Assembly (NCBI RefSeq): GCF_019423325.1
Contig: NZ_JAHZBQ010000003.1
Coordinates: forward strand, 138,601-202,600
DNA length: 64,000 nucleotides
Direction: 5' to 3'
DNA from: Campylobacter sp.
Lineage (GTDB): Bacteria > Campylobacterota > Campylobacteria > Campylobacterales > Campylobacteraceae
The notes under the pieces are model-generated. The model had not been told where the DNA came from and did no database searches. It saw only the letters and a list, made by a program, of their open reading frames with translations. Shown here piece by piece: positions 20,108-30,245 of this stretch. The position numbers and the translations under genes were made by a program. The first letter of the stretch is position 1. Every line of letters begins with the position of its first letter.

Positions 20108-21325
20108 CTACTTTCGATTTGCGTTAGCAAGCATCAGCTTTATGCGGTTTTCTTGATTTACCGCGCTTGCGCCCGGGTCGTAGTCGATAGCGGCGATGTT
20201 TGCTTGCGGGTAGTTCTGTTTAATCTTTCGGATCATTCCGCGCGCGATGATGTGGTTTGGTAGGCAGCCGAAGGGCTGCGCGCACACGACGTTTTGTATG
20301 CCGTGACGCATAAACTCGACCATCTCCGCCGTCAGCAGCCAGCCCTCGCCCATCTTCACGCCGTGACCGATGTAGCCATCGGCGGCGGCACGAACCTCGC
20401 TAAATGGGCTCGGCGCGCGAAATCCGAAGCGCTTCATCTGCTTAATCATCATGCGCTGGAAAAATTCCACTACTTTAGCGACCGCAAGCGAGCCGTAATA
20501 CGCCGCGCCGCCCTTGCCGTAGAGCTGCTTGTCGTAGACCGCATCATAGATGCAGGTAAGCACGAAGTCCATCAGCCCCGTATTGACGGGCTCGGCGTTT
20601 TCGCGGATGAGGTAGGCGTTTAGCCCGTTGTTGCCGATGGGCGAATATTTAAGATAAATTTCGCCCACGATGCCCACTTTTACTCGCGGCTTATCGTCAC
20701 GCTCGATTTTAGCGAACTGCGAGAGGATAAATTTGAAATTTTTCTTGAGATTGAAAAACGATCTTTGATCGGTCAAATTTTTGATCCGCTCGGCGCAGAG
20801 TTCATAAATTTCATTCGTTTGATTTTTGATCTTTTCGTAGGGCTTGCACTGATTATACAGCCCCATCATCAAATCGCCGTAAAATATTGCGGCGAAGAGC
20901 TTTAGAAGCGATTTTTTGCCGAGGCTAAATTCATTCTCATCTAGCGATCCAAAATTTAACGAGATCGCGGGGACGTAGCCAAAGCCGCTGTCCTCAAGCG
21001 CTTTGCGAAGCAAATTTATGTAGTTGCTCGCTCTGCAGCCGCCGCCCGTTTGGCTGATGAGAAGCGCTACTTTATGCGTATCAAACTCGCCACTTTTGAG
21101 CGCGTCGATAAACTGCCCGATGACGAGCAGCGCGGGGTAGCACATGTCGTTATGCACGCTGCGAAGCCCTTCCTCGACGATATTTTGGCGATTTTCGCCG
21201 AGCAAGACGCTCTTATAGCCCTCGTCGCGCAGCACGCCTTGCATAAAGCGAAAATGCGGATCGATCATCGTGGGGATCAATATTGTGTGGGTCGCTTTCA
21301 TATCTTTCGTAAATTTAGCAAACAT
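20108..21325 (-). CDS. 2-hydroxyacyl-CoA dehydratase-family protein (D-component-like)
   Basis: 405 aa. Family resemblance (MCYPALL, SQTGGGCRASNY, VCAQPFGCLPN). The ATG overlaps the stop of the upstream activase gene. Confidence 0.6.
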   Translation of the reverse strand: MFAKFTKDMKATHTILIPTMIDPHFRFMQGVLRDEGYKSVLLGENRQNIVEEGLRSVHNDMCYPALLVIGQFIDALKSGEFDTHKVALLISQTGGGCRASNYINLLRKALEDSGFGYVPAISLNFGSLDENEFSLGKKSLLKLFAAIFYGDLMMGLYNQCKPYEKIKNQTNEIYELCAERIKNLTDQRSFFNLKKNFKFILSQFAKIERDDKPRVKVGIVGEIYLKYSPIGNNGLNAYLIRENAEPVNTGLMDFVLTCIYDAVYDKQLYGKGGAAYYGSLAVAKVVEFFQRMMIKQMKRFGFRAPSPFSEVRAAADGYIGHGVKMGEGWLLTAEMVEFMRHGIQNVVCAQPFGCLPNHIIARGMIRKIKQNYPQANIAAIDYDPGASAVNQENRIKLMLANANRK

Positions 21326-24279
21326 TAGCGCGCATCCTTTCTTGCTTCTTGTTGCGCGCCTTGCCTCTCGCGCTCTATCATAGTCGCTTTTAGGCTACGC
21401 AGGCGGATCTTGACCGCACCTAGGTTCGTAACCTCGTCGATTTTAAGTTGAGTGTAAATTTTACCGTTTTGACGCAGTATGTCGCGCACCTCGTCGCCCG
21501 TGATCGCATCTATCCCGCAGCCGAAGCTCACTAACTGCACCAGCTGCATACGCGGGTATTTACAGACGAACCGCGCCGCACTATAAAGCCTGGCGTGGTA
21601 GGTCCATTGATTAAGGCTTTTCGTCTGCACCCTGCTAAGCGGCAGCGCGTCCTCGCTAAGCACTATAAAGCCCAAGGAATTTAGATAGCGATCGATACCG
21701 TGATTTATCGTCTTATCAATATGATACGGGCGACCCGCTAGCACGACGGCAGGCATGCCGCTTATATTGATCTCCTTTAGGGTCTCCTCGCCTTTTATTA
21801 AAACGGTATTTTTATAGTTTTGCAGCTCCTTAAGGCCTTGCAAGACGGCGTTTTTAACGGCGTCGGAATGAAATTTATACCCAGCGTCCGCAAGCTCAGC
21901 CTGCATCGTTTTGCAAAACGAATCTTGCATGTTAAGATCCACGTGCGGGTAGAGGAATTTTTTCTCCTCTAGCGCGCCTACGTTCGCGCGTATCAGCTCG
22001 GGGTAGTATGCGACTACGGGGCAGTTGTAGCAGTTCTCGCTGATATTTTCATCTAGGCTGTAGCTCATACACGGATAGAAGATAAAATCGACGCTCTTAT
22101 TTAGCAGATCGTAGATGTGGCCGTGCACGCTTTTAGCCGGGTAGCAGACGGTATCGCTCGGGATGCTTTGGCTTGCCAAAAACAGCGTCTCTTTTCGCGG
22201 CTTTTGCGACAGCACGACGCTCATGCCTAAATTTTCAAAAAACGCACTCCAAAACGGGATCATCTCAAACATATTCAAAACAAACGGAATTCCGACTCGC
22301 GGTGCGTCTTGCTTCGGCGGCTTACGATATTTTCGCAAAAGCTCGTTTTTAAACTCAAATAAATTCGTAATGTCGTGGCGGATCTCTTTGCCCGCGCCGC
22401 GCTCGCATTTATTGCCCGAGACAAATTTAGTATCGCCGAAGTAGCTGATCGTAAGCGGGCATTTGTTCGTACAGAGCTTGCAGACGCTAAATTCGCTGCG
22501 ATGAGTGAAATTTTCAAGTTCTGCACGACTGATCATATCGGTACGCTCGTTTGCGTTATTTTTGGCAAAAAGTGCCGCGCCGTATGCACCCATAAGCTCG
22601 CTGATATCTAGACGGATCACGTCCTTGCCGAGCTCTTTTTCAAACGCGCGCAACACGGCATTGTTTAAAAATGTCCCGCCCTGCACTACGATGTTTTGAC
22701 CCAAATCGTCGGCATTTCGCACGCGGATAACCTTGTAAATCGCATTTTTTATGACGCTAATAGCAAGTCCGGCGCTGATGTCCTCGATCGTAGCACCGTC
22801 CTTTTGAGCCTGCTTAACCGAGGAGTTCATAAAGACCGTGCAGCGGCTGCCAAGCTTGGCTGGATGAGTCGCAAAAAGGGCTAGGTTTGCGAAATCTTTA
22901 ATGTCGTAACCCAAAGAATTTGAAAAGGTCTGCAAAAACGAGCCACAGCCCGAGCTGCACGCCTCGTTTAACACGATAGAATCAATATTGCCGTCTTTAA
23001 TGGAGAAACACTTGATGTCCTGGCCGCCGATGTCGATGATAAAATCTACCTTCGGATTGAAGTGGCGCGCAGCGCTGTAATGCGCGATCGTCTCGACGAT
23101 ACCGTAATCGAAGCGAAAGGCGGTTTTAATGAGATCCTCGCCATAGCCGGTAACGCCGCTGCCCTTGATCTTGATGCGACCCTCGCAAAGATCGTATAGC
23201 TCCTTAAGTCGCGGCAACAGGATATCGACCGGATCGCCTTTATTGGAGGAGTAAAATTTATACAGCAGCTCGTAGTTTGCGCCCATAAGCACGACTTTGA
23301 TCGTAGTGCTGCCGCAATCCACGCCCAAATACGCATCTCCACTGTAGGTGTGGATATCCACCTTAGGCACGCTCGCGCGGGCATGGCGAGCGGTGAACTC
23401 GTCAAATTCCGCTCTGTCTTTGAAAAGCGGCGGCTCGGCTTCCAGCGCGGTCCTGTCAGGCTCCTTTTTTAAAAGCGCGATCGTCTCTTCTAAATTTAAC
23501 GTTTCGCCCGTATCTTTTGCGTACAGCGCGCTGCCGTAAGCCACGAAGTAAGGCGCAATATCGGGGAAAGTCGCCGTTTCGTCGGTGAGCTTTAGCACCT
23601 CTTTAAAGCGCTTCTGAAGGCCTTTTAGGAAAAACAACGGACCGCCTAGAAACAGGATATTGCCCTTGACCTCGCGACCCTGCGCAAGCCCTGAGATCGT
23701 CTGCTCGACGACCGCGGCGTAGATACTAGCGCAAATATCCTCTTTTCTAACGCCTTGATTTAGTAGCGGCTGAATGTCGCTTTTAGCAAATACGCCACAA
23801 CGTGAGGCGATCGGGTAAATTTTATTAGCCGCAAAGCTTAGGCGGTCAAGCTCCGTGATATCCAGATGCAAAAGATTGGTCATCTGATCGATAAATGCAC
23901 CGGTACCGCCCGCGCACGAACCGTTCATCCGCTCTTCAAGTCCGCCCGTGAGAAATAAAATTTTAGCATCCTCACCGCCCAGCTCGATCACGACATCGGT
24001 CTTTGGAAACATCCGCTTGACGCCGAGCGAGGTAGCGAAAACCTCTTGGACGAACGGAATTTTGCAATTTTTGGCGATACCCATGCCCGCCGAACCCGCT
24101 ATGGCGACGCTGAATTGCTCGCCTGCATAGGTTTTTTGGATTTGCAAAATTTTATCCAGCACCAGCTCCTTGGGCTTTGCCAAATGCCTCTCGTAGCTCT
24201 TGCTTAAAATTTCATATTTATCGTTTAAAACTACCGTTTTAACAGTGGTTGATCCTACGTCAATGCCTAAAAAAATCAC
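21325..24279 (-). CDS. acyl-CoA dehydratase activase-related protein with two BadF/BadG/BcrA/BcrD ATPase domains
   Basis: 984 aa. Two ASKHA ATPase starts (GIDVGSTTVKTVVL and GVDCGSTTIKVVLM), a Cys cluster (CKLCTNKCP...CERG) and a C-terminal DUF2229-like region. Confidence 0.7.
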   Translation of the reverse strand: MIFLGIDVGSTTVKTVVLNDKYEILSKSYERHLAKPKELVLDKILQIQKTYAGEQFSVAIAGSAGMGIAKNCKIPFVQEVFATSLGVKRMFPKTDVVIELGGEDAKILFLTGGLEERMNGSCAGGTGAFIDQMTNLLHLDITELDRLSFAANKIYPIASRCGVFAKSDIQPLLNQGVRKEDICASIYAAVVEQTISGLAQGREVKGNILFLGGPLFFLKGLQKRFKEVLKLTDETATFPDIAPYFVAYGSALYAKDTGETLNLEETIALLKKEPDRTALEAEPPLFKDRAEFDEFTARHARASVPKVDIHTYSGDAYLGVDCGSTTIKVVLMGANYELLYKFYSSNKGDPVDILLPRLKELYDLCEGRIKIKGSGVTGYGEDLIKTAFRFDYGIVETIAHYSAARHFNPKVDFIIDIGGQDIKCFSIKDGNIDSIVLNEACSSGCGSFLQTFSNSLGYDIKDFANLALFATHPAKLGSRCTVFMNSSVKQAQKDGATIEDISAGLAISVIKNAIYKVIRVRNADDLGQNIVVQGGTFLNNAVLRAFEKELGKDVIRLDISELMGAYGAALFAKNNANERTDMISRAELENFTHRSEFSVCKLCTNKCPLTISYFGDTKFVSGNKCERGAGKEIRHDITNLFEFKNELLRKYRKPPKQDAPRVGIPFVLNMFEMIPFWSAFFENLGMSVVLSQKPRKETLFLASQSIPSDTVCYPAKSVHGHIYDLLNKSVDFIFYPCMSYSLDENISENCYNCPVVAYYPELIRANVGALEEKKFLYPHVDLNMQDSFCKTMQAELADAGYKFHSDAVKNAVLQGLKELQNYKNTVLIKGEETLKEINISGMPAVVLAGRPYHIDKTINHGIDRYLNSLGFIVLSEDALPLSRVQTKSLNQWTYHARLYSAARFVCKYPRMQLVQLVSFGCGIDAITGDEVRDILRQNGKIYTQLKIDEVTNLGAVKIRLRSLKATMIERERQGAQQEARKDAR

Positions 24280-24573
24280 ATCTCGCTCTTTACTGAATAA
24301 ATTTTACTCGGCCGAATTCTCAAATTTAGCGCGAGCTTTATAAATTAAAATTTGCATTTTATAGTAATATTTTTAAACGCAAATAAAATCAGGATATATT
24401 TTATCTTTTTCCATAGAAAAAGACGATTTCTAGGCAGTTTAGAATTAAAAATTTTAATGGAAAAGTTGTAAAATTTTAGATTTAATGCGAGTAGATTTTG
24501 CGCGAAATCTTTTAAAATCTCGCGCATTATAAAAAAGCTTCCTTTTGAATTAAGAAGCGTAAAATTTAAAGGA

Positions 24574-24930
24574 TTATTTTCGAAGTTCTTTGATTTTAGC
24601 CGCTTTACCGCGTCTGTCGCGTAGGTAAAATAGTTTCGCGCGGCGAACGCGTCCTTTTCTTAGAACCTCGATACTTTCGATGCTCTCGCTGTAGATCGGA
24701 AAAATTCTCTCTACGCCGACGCTATTTGCACCGATCTTGCGGATGATAAAGGTCTCACTTACGCCGTTTCCGCGGCGCGCAATGCAGGTACCTTCAAAAT
24801 TTTGAATTCTGCTCTTATCGCCCTCTTTGATCCTGATGGCTACTTTTAAGGTGTCGCCGGCACGGAAATCAGGCACACTTTTGCTTGTGATCTGAGCGTC
24901 CTCAAACGCTTGGATATACTTGTTTTTCAT
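24574..24930 (-). CDS. rplS: 50S ribosomal protein L19
   Basis: 118 aa. Conserved L19 sequence (FRAGDTLKV...EG.K.RIQ.FEG.CIARRG). Confidence 0.93.
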   Translation of the reverse strand: MKNKYIQAFEDAQITSKSVPDFRAGDTLKVAIRIKEGDKSRIQNFEGTCIARRGNGVSETFIIRKIGANSVGVERIFPIYSESIESIEVLRKGRVRRAKLFYLRDRRGKAAKIKELRK

Positions 24931-25628
24931 AAATTTCCTTTATTTCTGGCGATCTTTCGGTACATATCCGGGCGGAAGAACCTCGTTTTGCATAGCGCCA
25001 TTTGATTTTTTAAGCTGCGCATTTTAGCGTGATTACCCTTTAAAAACTCTGAAACTATAGATAAATTTTCAAAAATATCAGGCTTTGCGAACGCGGGTGC
25101 CTCTAAAATTCCGCCTTCAAAGCTTTCTTCGACGAGCGAGCCTTCATTGCCCAAAACGCCCCTTATATTGCGGCTTATCGCATCGCACATGCAAAGCGCG
25201 CCGAGCTCGCCGCCGGTAAGAACGAAATCGCCGATGCAAAAAATTTCATCTACATATCTTTCGACTATGCGCTCATCTATCCCCTCATAGCGCCCGCAAA
25301 TAAAGCATAGGCTCTCTTCGCCGCTTAAACGCTTGGCATCGTTTTGGTTAAATTTTTTACCGGCGGGCGAGAGGTAGATAAACTTGGCGTTTTTAAATTT
25401 AGCTCTTACGTGTTCGATCGTTCCGGCAAGCGGCTCCGTGCCGATCAAAAGTCCCGCGCCGCCGCCGATCATATAATCATCTACCTTTTTATACCGATTT
25501 GTCGTGAAATTTCGCGGGTTAAAAAAATGCGTCGAGATTATTTTCTTATCGACCGCGCGCTTTAAAATCGAGTCCTCAAAATACGGCGCGATGAGATTTT
25601 CAAATAGCGAGATGAAGATAAAATTCAT
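24927..25628 (-). CDS. trmD: tRNA (guanine37-N1)-methyltransferase
   Basis: 233 aa. TrmD motifs ([30 protein letters not shown]). Confidence 0.92.
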   Translation of the reverse strand: MNFIFISLFENLIAPYFEDSILKRAVDKKIISTHFFNPRNFTTNRYKKVDDYMIGGGAGLLIGTEPLAGTIEHVRAKFKNAKFIYLSPAGKKFNQNDAKRLSGEESLCFICGRYEGIDERIVERYVDEIFCIGDFVLTGGELGALCMCDAISRNIRGVLGNEGSLVEESFEGGILEAPAFAKPDIFENLSIVSEFLKGNHAKMRSLKNQMALCKTRFFRPDMYRKIARNKGNL

Positions 25629-26155
25629 GAGTTTTCCAAAATCGCGCGCGCATTTTGCGTAAAAATTTTACGCTCGCTAAGCGAAATTTCTTTCACATAG
25701 GCATCCACGTAGGGGATGAAAAATTCTTTCGGCAAAGCCTGCGAGATTAAGCTTTCATCCGTTTCTACCTCGAAAAGATATCCATTTCCGATCTGCGATA
25801 TGTCCTTTACGCGCCCCAAAACTGCACCGTCTTCATAAATTTCAAGCCCGATGATATCGAAGTAAAAGAACTCGCCCTTTTGCAATTTGCAAAATTTCCG
25901 CGTGTCCTCTTTGCTTCGGTAAAGGATTTGGTTAGTTAAATTTGCCGCCGCTTCTACACTTTCGTAATTTTTAAAGATAGCGCTAGAATTTGCGCCGTTA
26001 AAGGATAGAATTTCTAAAATTTCGCCGTTTCGCAGATAAAATTTGGCGCCTTTTTTAAACTGAGAGGGGAAGTCGCTGCGATCAAAAATTTTAACCGCGC
26101 CCTTTAGACCTATAGTTCGACCGAGCTTCGCGACCTCTAAAAGATCATCAGGCAT
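25625..26155 (-). CDS. rimM: ribosome maturation factor RimM
   Basis: 176 aa. Starts with the [12 protein letters not shown] pattern and has a PRC-barrel C-terminus. Sits in the rpsP-trmD operon. Confidence 0.88.
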   Translation of the reverse strand: MPDDLLEVAKLGRTIGLKGAVKIFDRSDFPSQFKKGAKFYLRNGEILEILSFNGANSSAIFKNYESVEAAANLTNQILYRSKEDTRKFCKLQKGEFFYFDIIGLEIYEDGAVLGRVKDISQIGNGYLFEVETDESLISQALPKEFFIPYVDAYVKEISLSERKIFTQNARAILENS

Positions 26156-26390
26156 CTTTGGCTTTGACGGTAATTTTATAATTGATCGGATCTTTTGCTT
26201 TATAGCCGATGATGACGGTCTTTATGGCGTTTATCATTTTGCCGTCCTTGCCGATGAGTTTGCCTGTATCGGCCTTGTCGGCATAGACGATGATCTCAGT
26301 AAAGTTTTCACCGACCCGCTTTTGCGTAGAAACGGACTGCGGATAGTCGGCGATCAACTTTGCGTATTCTTTTATAAAATTTTCTACCAT
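26148..26390 (-). CDS. KH-domain RNA-binding protein (UPF0109/YlqC-like)
   Basis: 80 aa with LIGKDGKMINAI (GxxG KH loop). Conserved position between rpsP and rimM. Confidence 0.85.
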   Translation of the reverse strand: MVENFIKEYAKLIADYPQSVSTQKRVGENFTEIIVYADKADTGKLIGKDGKMINAIKTVIIGYKAKDPINYKITVKAKDA

Positions 26391-26391
26391 T

Positions 26392-26622
26392 TTATTTGCT
26401 TGTGATTTGAGCGACCCTATCGCTTAACTTCGCGCCTACGCTCTTCCAGTATGCTAAACGCTCCGCGTCGAATTTAATATTATCGCTCTGTTTTAACGGA
26501 TTATAAAAGCCGATCGTCTCGATAAAGCCGCCGTCGCGTCTTTTCCTGCTATCCGTTACCACGATGCGGTAAAAAGGCTGCTTCTTTCTTCCGATTCTTG
26601 TAAGCCTAACAACTGTTGCCAT
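26392..26622 (-). CDS. rpsP: 30S ribosomal protein S16
   Basis: 76 aa. [22 protein letters not shown] is classic S16. Confidence 0.93.
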   Translation of the reverse strand: MATVVRLTRIGRKKQPFYRIVVTDSRKRRDGGFIETIGFYNPLKQSDNIKFDAERLAYWKSVGAKLSDRVAQITSK

Positions 26623-26700
26623 TTTTTCTCCTTAAATTTTTGTAAGTTTTAGAACTTGCAGATGGCTAAAACTTAAACATCTGCAAACTCTACCGAGAGG

Positions 26701-28041
26701 CTATCTCGGTAAATTTTGCCTTTGAGCGATTGAGGCAAGCCCCTGCATGCCGCCCTTGCCCGAAAATTTCTTCGCAAGCTTCGAAGCGCCCGCGAATTGC
26801 TTCAAAAAGCGGTTCACCTCCACCTGTGAAAGCCCAGCACCAGCAGCAAGTCTGCGCTTGCGCGAATTATTTAGCAGATCGGGATTTTCGCGCTCTTTCG
26901 GCGTCATAGAATTGATCATCGCTTTGATATGAAGTATCTCTTTTGAGTTTTCCAAATCGATATCTTTTATCTTATTCGCCATTCCGGAAAGCCCCGGGAT
27001 CATGCCGATCAAATTTTTCATATTGCCGAGCTTTTTCACGCTTTCGAGCTGATTTACGAAATCATTAAAATTAAACTCGCCCTTTTTGATCTTTTTGTTT
27101 AGAGCCTTAGCTTCTCTTTCGTCGAAGACGGCGCTTGTCTTCTCGGCTAACGTCGCTAAATCGCCCTCGCCCATAATGCGACCTGTAATTCTATCGGGTA
27201 TAAAGCCCTCTAAATCGGCCACCTTCTCGCCGGTTCCGATAAAGCGAAGCGGGATGCCAAGCTGCTGCGCGATACCAAGAGCTACGCCGCCTTTGGTATC
27301 TGCGTCAAATTTGCTTAAGATCACGCCCGTAAGACCCAAAATTTCATCAAATTTAGCGGCCGTTTTAATGCCGTCTTGACCGCTCATGGCGTCCGCTACG
27401 TAAAAAATTTCATGCGGATTTAGAGTTTTTTTCATCTCCGCAAGCTGTGCCATCAGAGCCTCATCGATCGCAAGACGCCCCGCCGTATCTACGAGCAGTA
27501 CGTCATAAAGCCCGCTTTTAGCCTTGCTTAGCGCTTTTTCTGCAACTTTTAGCGGATCGCTCTCGCCCTCGATGAAAAACAGCTCGATCTCATTCGCCTC
27601 GCACAGCTGACGGAGCTGCTCGACCGCGGCTAGGCGCTGCAAGTCGCACGCTGCAACCAAGACCTTTTTTTTACGAAGTTTCAGATAGTTCGCGAGTTTT
27701 ATCGTGCTTGTAGATTTTCCGCTTCCTTGAAGTCCCGTCATCAAAGCTACTGTAGGAGGCGTGCTAGCGAACACAAATCCCTGGCTGCTGCCTCTAGGCG
27801 CCGTTAAAATTTTAGTCAAATTTGTCTTGATGGACTGCAAAAACGGCTTCTGCCCTATCGTACCGATACGAAGATCGGCTTCGACAAGCGCTAAAAAATC
27901 CTTTACGACTTTGTGGTGCACGTCGGCCTTTAAAAGCGCCTTTTTTAGCGTCTCCAAGGCGTTTTTTAAAGCTTTTTCGTCATCGATTGTTTTTAATTTA
28001 TTGACCGCGTTTTTAAACGACTCGCTTATGATCTCAAACAC
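26701..28041 (-). CDS. ffh: signal recognition particle protein Ffh
   Basis: 446 aa. NG domain with GLQGSGKSTS, DTAGR and KFD, plus a Met-rich M domain. Confidence 0.93.
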   Translation of the reverse strand: MFEIISESFKNAVNKLKTIDDEKALKNALETLKKALLKADVHHKVVKDFLALVEADLRIGTIGQKPFLQSIKTNLTKILTAPRGSSQGFVFASTPPTVALMTGLQGSGKSTSTIKLANYLKLRKKKVLVAACDLQRLAAVEQLRQLCEANEIELFFIEGESDPLKVAEKALSKAKSGLYDVLLVDTAGRLAIDEALMAQLAEMKKTLNPHEIFYVADAMSGQDGIKTAAKFDEILGLTGVILSKFDADTKGGVALGIAQQLGIPLRFIGTGEKVADLEGFIPDRITGRIMGEGDLATLAEKTSAVFDEREAKALNKKIKKGEFNFNDFVNQLESVKKLGNMKNLIGMIPGLSGMANKIKDIDLENSKEILHIKAMINSMTPKERENPDLLNNSRKRRLAAGAGLSQVEVNRFLKQFAGASKLAKKFSGKGGMQGLASIAQRQNLPR

Positions 28042-28107
28042 TTTGATCCCTTATAAAATTTTTAAACTTGCGATGTTACCTAAAATTAACTTAAAAGCCA
28101 TTGAATA

Positions 28108-28857
28108 TCAGAGATCCTTAGGAATTTCAAAGCCGAATTCGTTGAAGCTTGTACCTAGCGGAGCTTTAAATTTTAGCCCCAAAATTTCGGTCTCGTATGA
28201 GTGCAGAAACATCCGCTTCGCGCGGCTTTTAGCGTATTTTTCATCGCCTATTACGCCGAATCCCGCATTGGCCAGATGCACGCGGATCTGATGCGTCCTG
28301 CCCGTCTCGATCCGCACTTTTACGAGCGATTTTTTGCCGCTTATCATCAGCGGATAAACCTCGCTAAATGCGCTCTTGCCGTTTGGCGAAATTTTAGAAA
28401 ACGCGCCGCTGCGGGTCTTTATCGTCAAAATCGGCTCGTCAAATTTCATCTCTTCGCTCACGATCCCCTTCACGATCGCGATGTAGCTTTTTTTCACGCG
28501 CAAATTTTTAAATTCCGCAATCGCCGCTTCGCGAAATTCCTCGTTCTTATATAGCAGCACGACGCCGCTAGTCTCCTTATCCAGGCGGTTTAGAAGCCCG
28601 AATTTATAGATTTTTTCTAAATTTTCGCTGCTCATAAAGGGCGGCTTATTGACCGCCAAAACGTTCTCATCCTCGTAAATGATCGCGGGTTTTGCGGGCT
28701 TCATCACGCTAAATTTAGTATTTTCGCCGAGCATCTCGCGCGCTAGAGCGATCTTTGCGCCGCGCGCGCTCACAAGCCCCGCATCGATGAGAGCCTTGGC
28801 TTCGTTGTGCGAGATGTTTTCCTGCGCCGCCAGCAGTTTGTAGGCTTTTTCTTGCAT
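28108..28857 (-). CDS. RluA-family pseudouridine synthase with N-terminal S4 domain
   Basis: Conserved NRLDKETSGVVL and GRTHQIRVHL motifs. I prefer the ATG at 28857 (TAATG overlap with the waaA stop) over the track start at 28902. Confidence 0.85.
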   Translation of the reverse strand: MQEKAYKLLAAQENISHNEAKALIDAGLVSARGAKIALAREMLGENTKFSVMKPAKPAIIYEDENVLAVNKPPFMSSENLEKIYKFGLLNRLDKETSGVVLLYKNEEFREAAIAEFKNLRVKKSYIAIVKGIVSEEMKFDEPILTIKTRSGAFSKISPNGKSAFSEVYPLMISGKKSLVKVRIETGRTHQIRVHLANAGFGVIGDEKYAKSRAKRMFLHSYETEILGLKFKAPLGTSFNEFGFEIPKDL

Positions 28858-30245
28858 TAAATTCTTTCCTTGATTAAATTTTCTATCTCTTGCAGATCGC
28901 AAATTTTATCTATCCGCGTCCCCTTTAGCGGCTCTTTTAAAAGGCTTGAAATTTCATCCGCGCTGCACAGAGCGATATTTTGCACGAGCGCGTACAGCGC
29001 CTTTTGATTATGAAAAAATCGCCCGCTAATGATCGGCACGCCGAAGCTTGCCGCCTCGATCGGACTATGTCCGCCGATATTGCGCAAAAAGCTGCCGCCC
29101 AAGATCACGACGTTTGAAATTTTATAAAAGTTCGCTAGCTCCCCGAAGGCATCGAGCAAGATAAAATCGCTCCGAAGCCCCGCGCTGTCGCTAAATCGCT
29201 CAAAGCTAAGCCCGTGCTCGCGCGCCCAAGCCTTGCAAATTTCGTAGGCCTTTTCAAAGCGCTCCGGGTGCCTCGGCGCCAGGATGATTTTTAGCTTTTG
29301 CGGCGCGTCGATCGCAGGCGCTGCATTCCGTGCGGCAGAATTTAAAGACGCGCCGTTTAAAGTCGCCGCATTCGGCACGGCGAACGAAGCGTCGCTTAAG
29401 CTCGCCGCATCCAAAGAAGCTGCGTTTAAATTTACCGGCTCGGTCGAGCCCTGCTCGTCGCGAAGCTCGGCCGTAGGCAAGTCCGTCTCGCTGCGGATAC
29501 TCGCTGCGCGCTGGTATTTTTCGAGTGCACTTTGCGAGCCGTGAAATTTTATAAAATCGTTTAAATTCGATAAAACAAGCTCCTCTTCACCCTCGTGAGT
29601 GTTTGAGATCGTAAGCACAAAGCTATTTGCGGCCGCGGCGGAATAGTCCTTCGTCGCAACGGCGATATTCGCGCTTTTCACGTTGCCCGCGACCTTTATA
29701 TTTTTTGCGCCGAGCTCCCACAGTCGCGCCGCATCAAGCTCGCTCTGCGCAAGCACCAGATCGATATTTTCAAACACTTTGCGATAATAAAGCTTAAAGC
29801 GCAAATAGCTCGCGTACGAGCGGTCGCTAATGCGCGCGTTTAGCAGGATCACGTAGCTTCCGCGCGCCTTGGCGGAACGGGTCAAATTTAGCCACAGCTC
29901 CGCTTCGAAAATCACCAGCACGCGGCTGCCAGTAAGCCAAAACGGAAGCCAGTTTTCAAACGGCAGGTAGCGAGAGTTCGGCGTGAGAGCACGCGCCGCA
30001 CCGAAGCCCGTCTGCGTGGTCGTGCTAAGCGCGACGCTCTCAAATTTAGAAATTAGTGGCGCAAGAGCGTTTACCTCGCCCAAACTGCAAGCGTGAAAGT
30101 GCACCGCAGCGGGGCTAAATTTAGGGTTTTTGTATAGAAAAAATCGCGCCTTCAGGCTCGTGCGGTATTTTGTTTTAAAGCTTAGGATAAAAATAAAAGG
30201 CGCAGCGACGAGCCACGCCAAAAACGCCAAGGCGGTGTAGATCAC
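28857..30245 (-). CDS. waaA: 3-deoxy-D-manno-octulosonic acid (Kdo) transferase with internal low-complexity insert
   Basis: 462 aa. N-terminal HACSLGEV region and C-terminal APRHPERF ... GGSF..IGGHSPIEAA typical of WaaA/KdtA. Residues ~236-316 are Ala/Ser/Asn-rich and repetitive. Confidence 0.85.
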   Translation of the reverse strand: MIYTALAFLAWLVAAPFIFILSFKTKYRTSLKARFFLYKNPKFSPAAVHFHACSLGEVNALAPLISKFESVALSTTTQTGFGAARALTPNSRYLPFENWLPFWLTGSRVLVIFEAELWLNLTRSAKARGSYVILLNARISDRSYASYLRFKLYYRKVFENIDLVLAQSELDAARLWELGAKNIKVAGNVKSANIAVATKDYSAAAANSFVLTISNTHEGEEELVLSNLNDFIKFHGSQSALEKYQRAASIRSETDLPTAELRDEQGSTEPVNLNAASLDAASLSDASFAVPNAATLNGASLNSAARNAAPAIDAPQKLKIILAPRHPERFEKAYEICKAWAREHGLSFERFSDSAGLRSDFILLDAFGELANFYKISNVVILGGSFLRNIGGHSPIEAASFGVPIISGRFFHNQKALYALVQNIALCSADEISSLLKEPLKGTRIDKICDLQEIENLIKERI

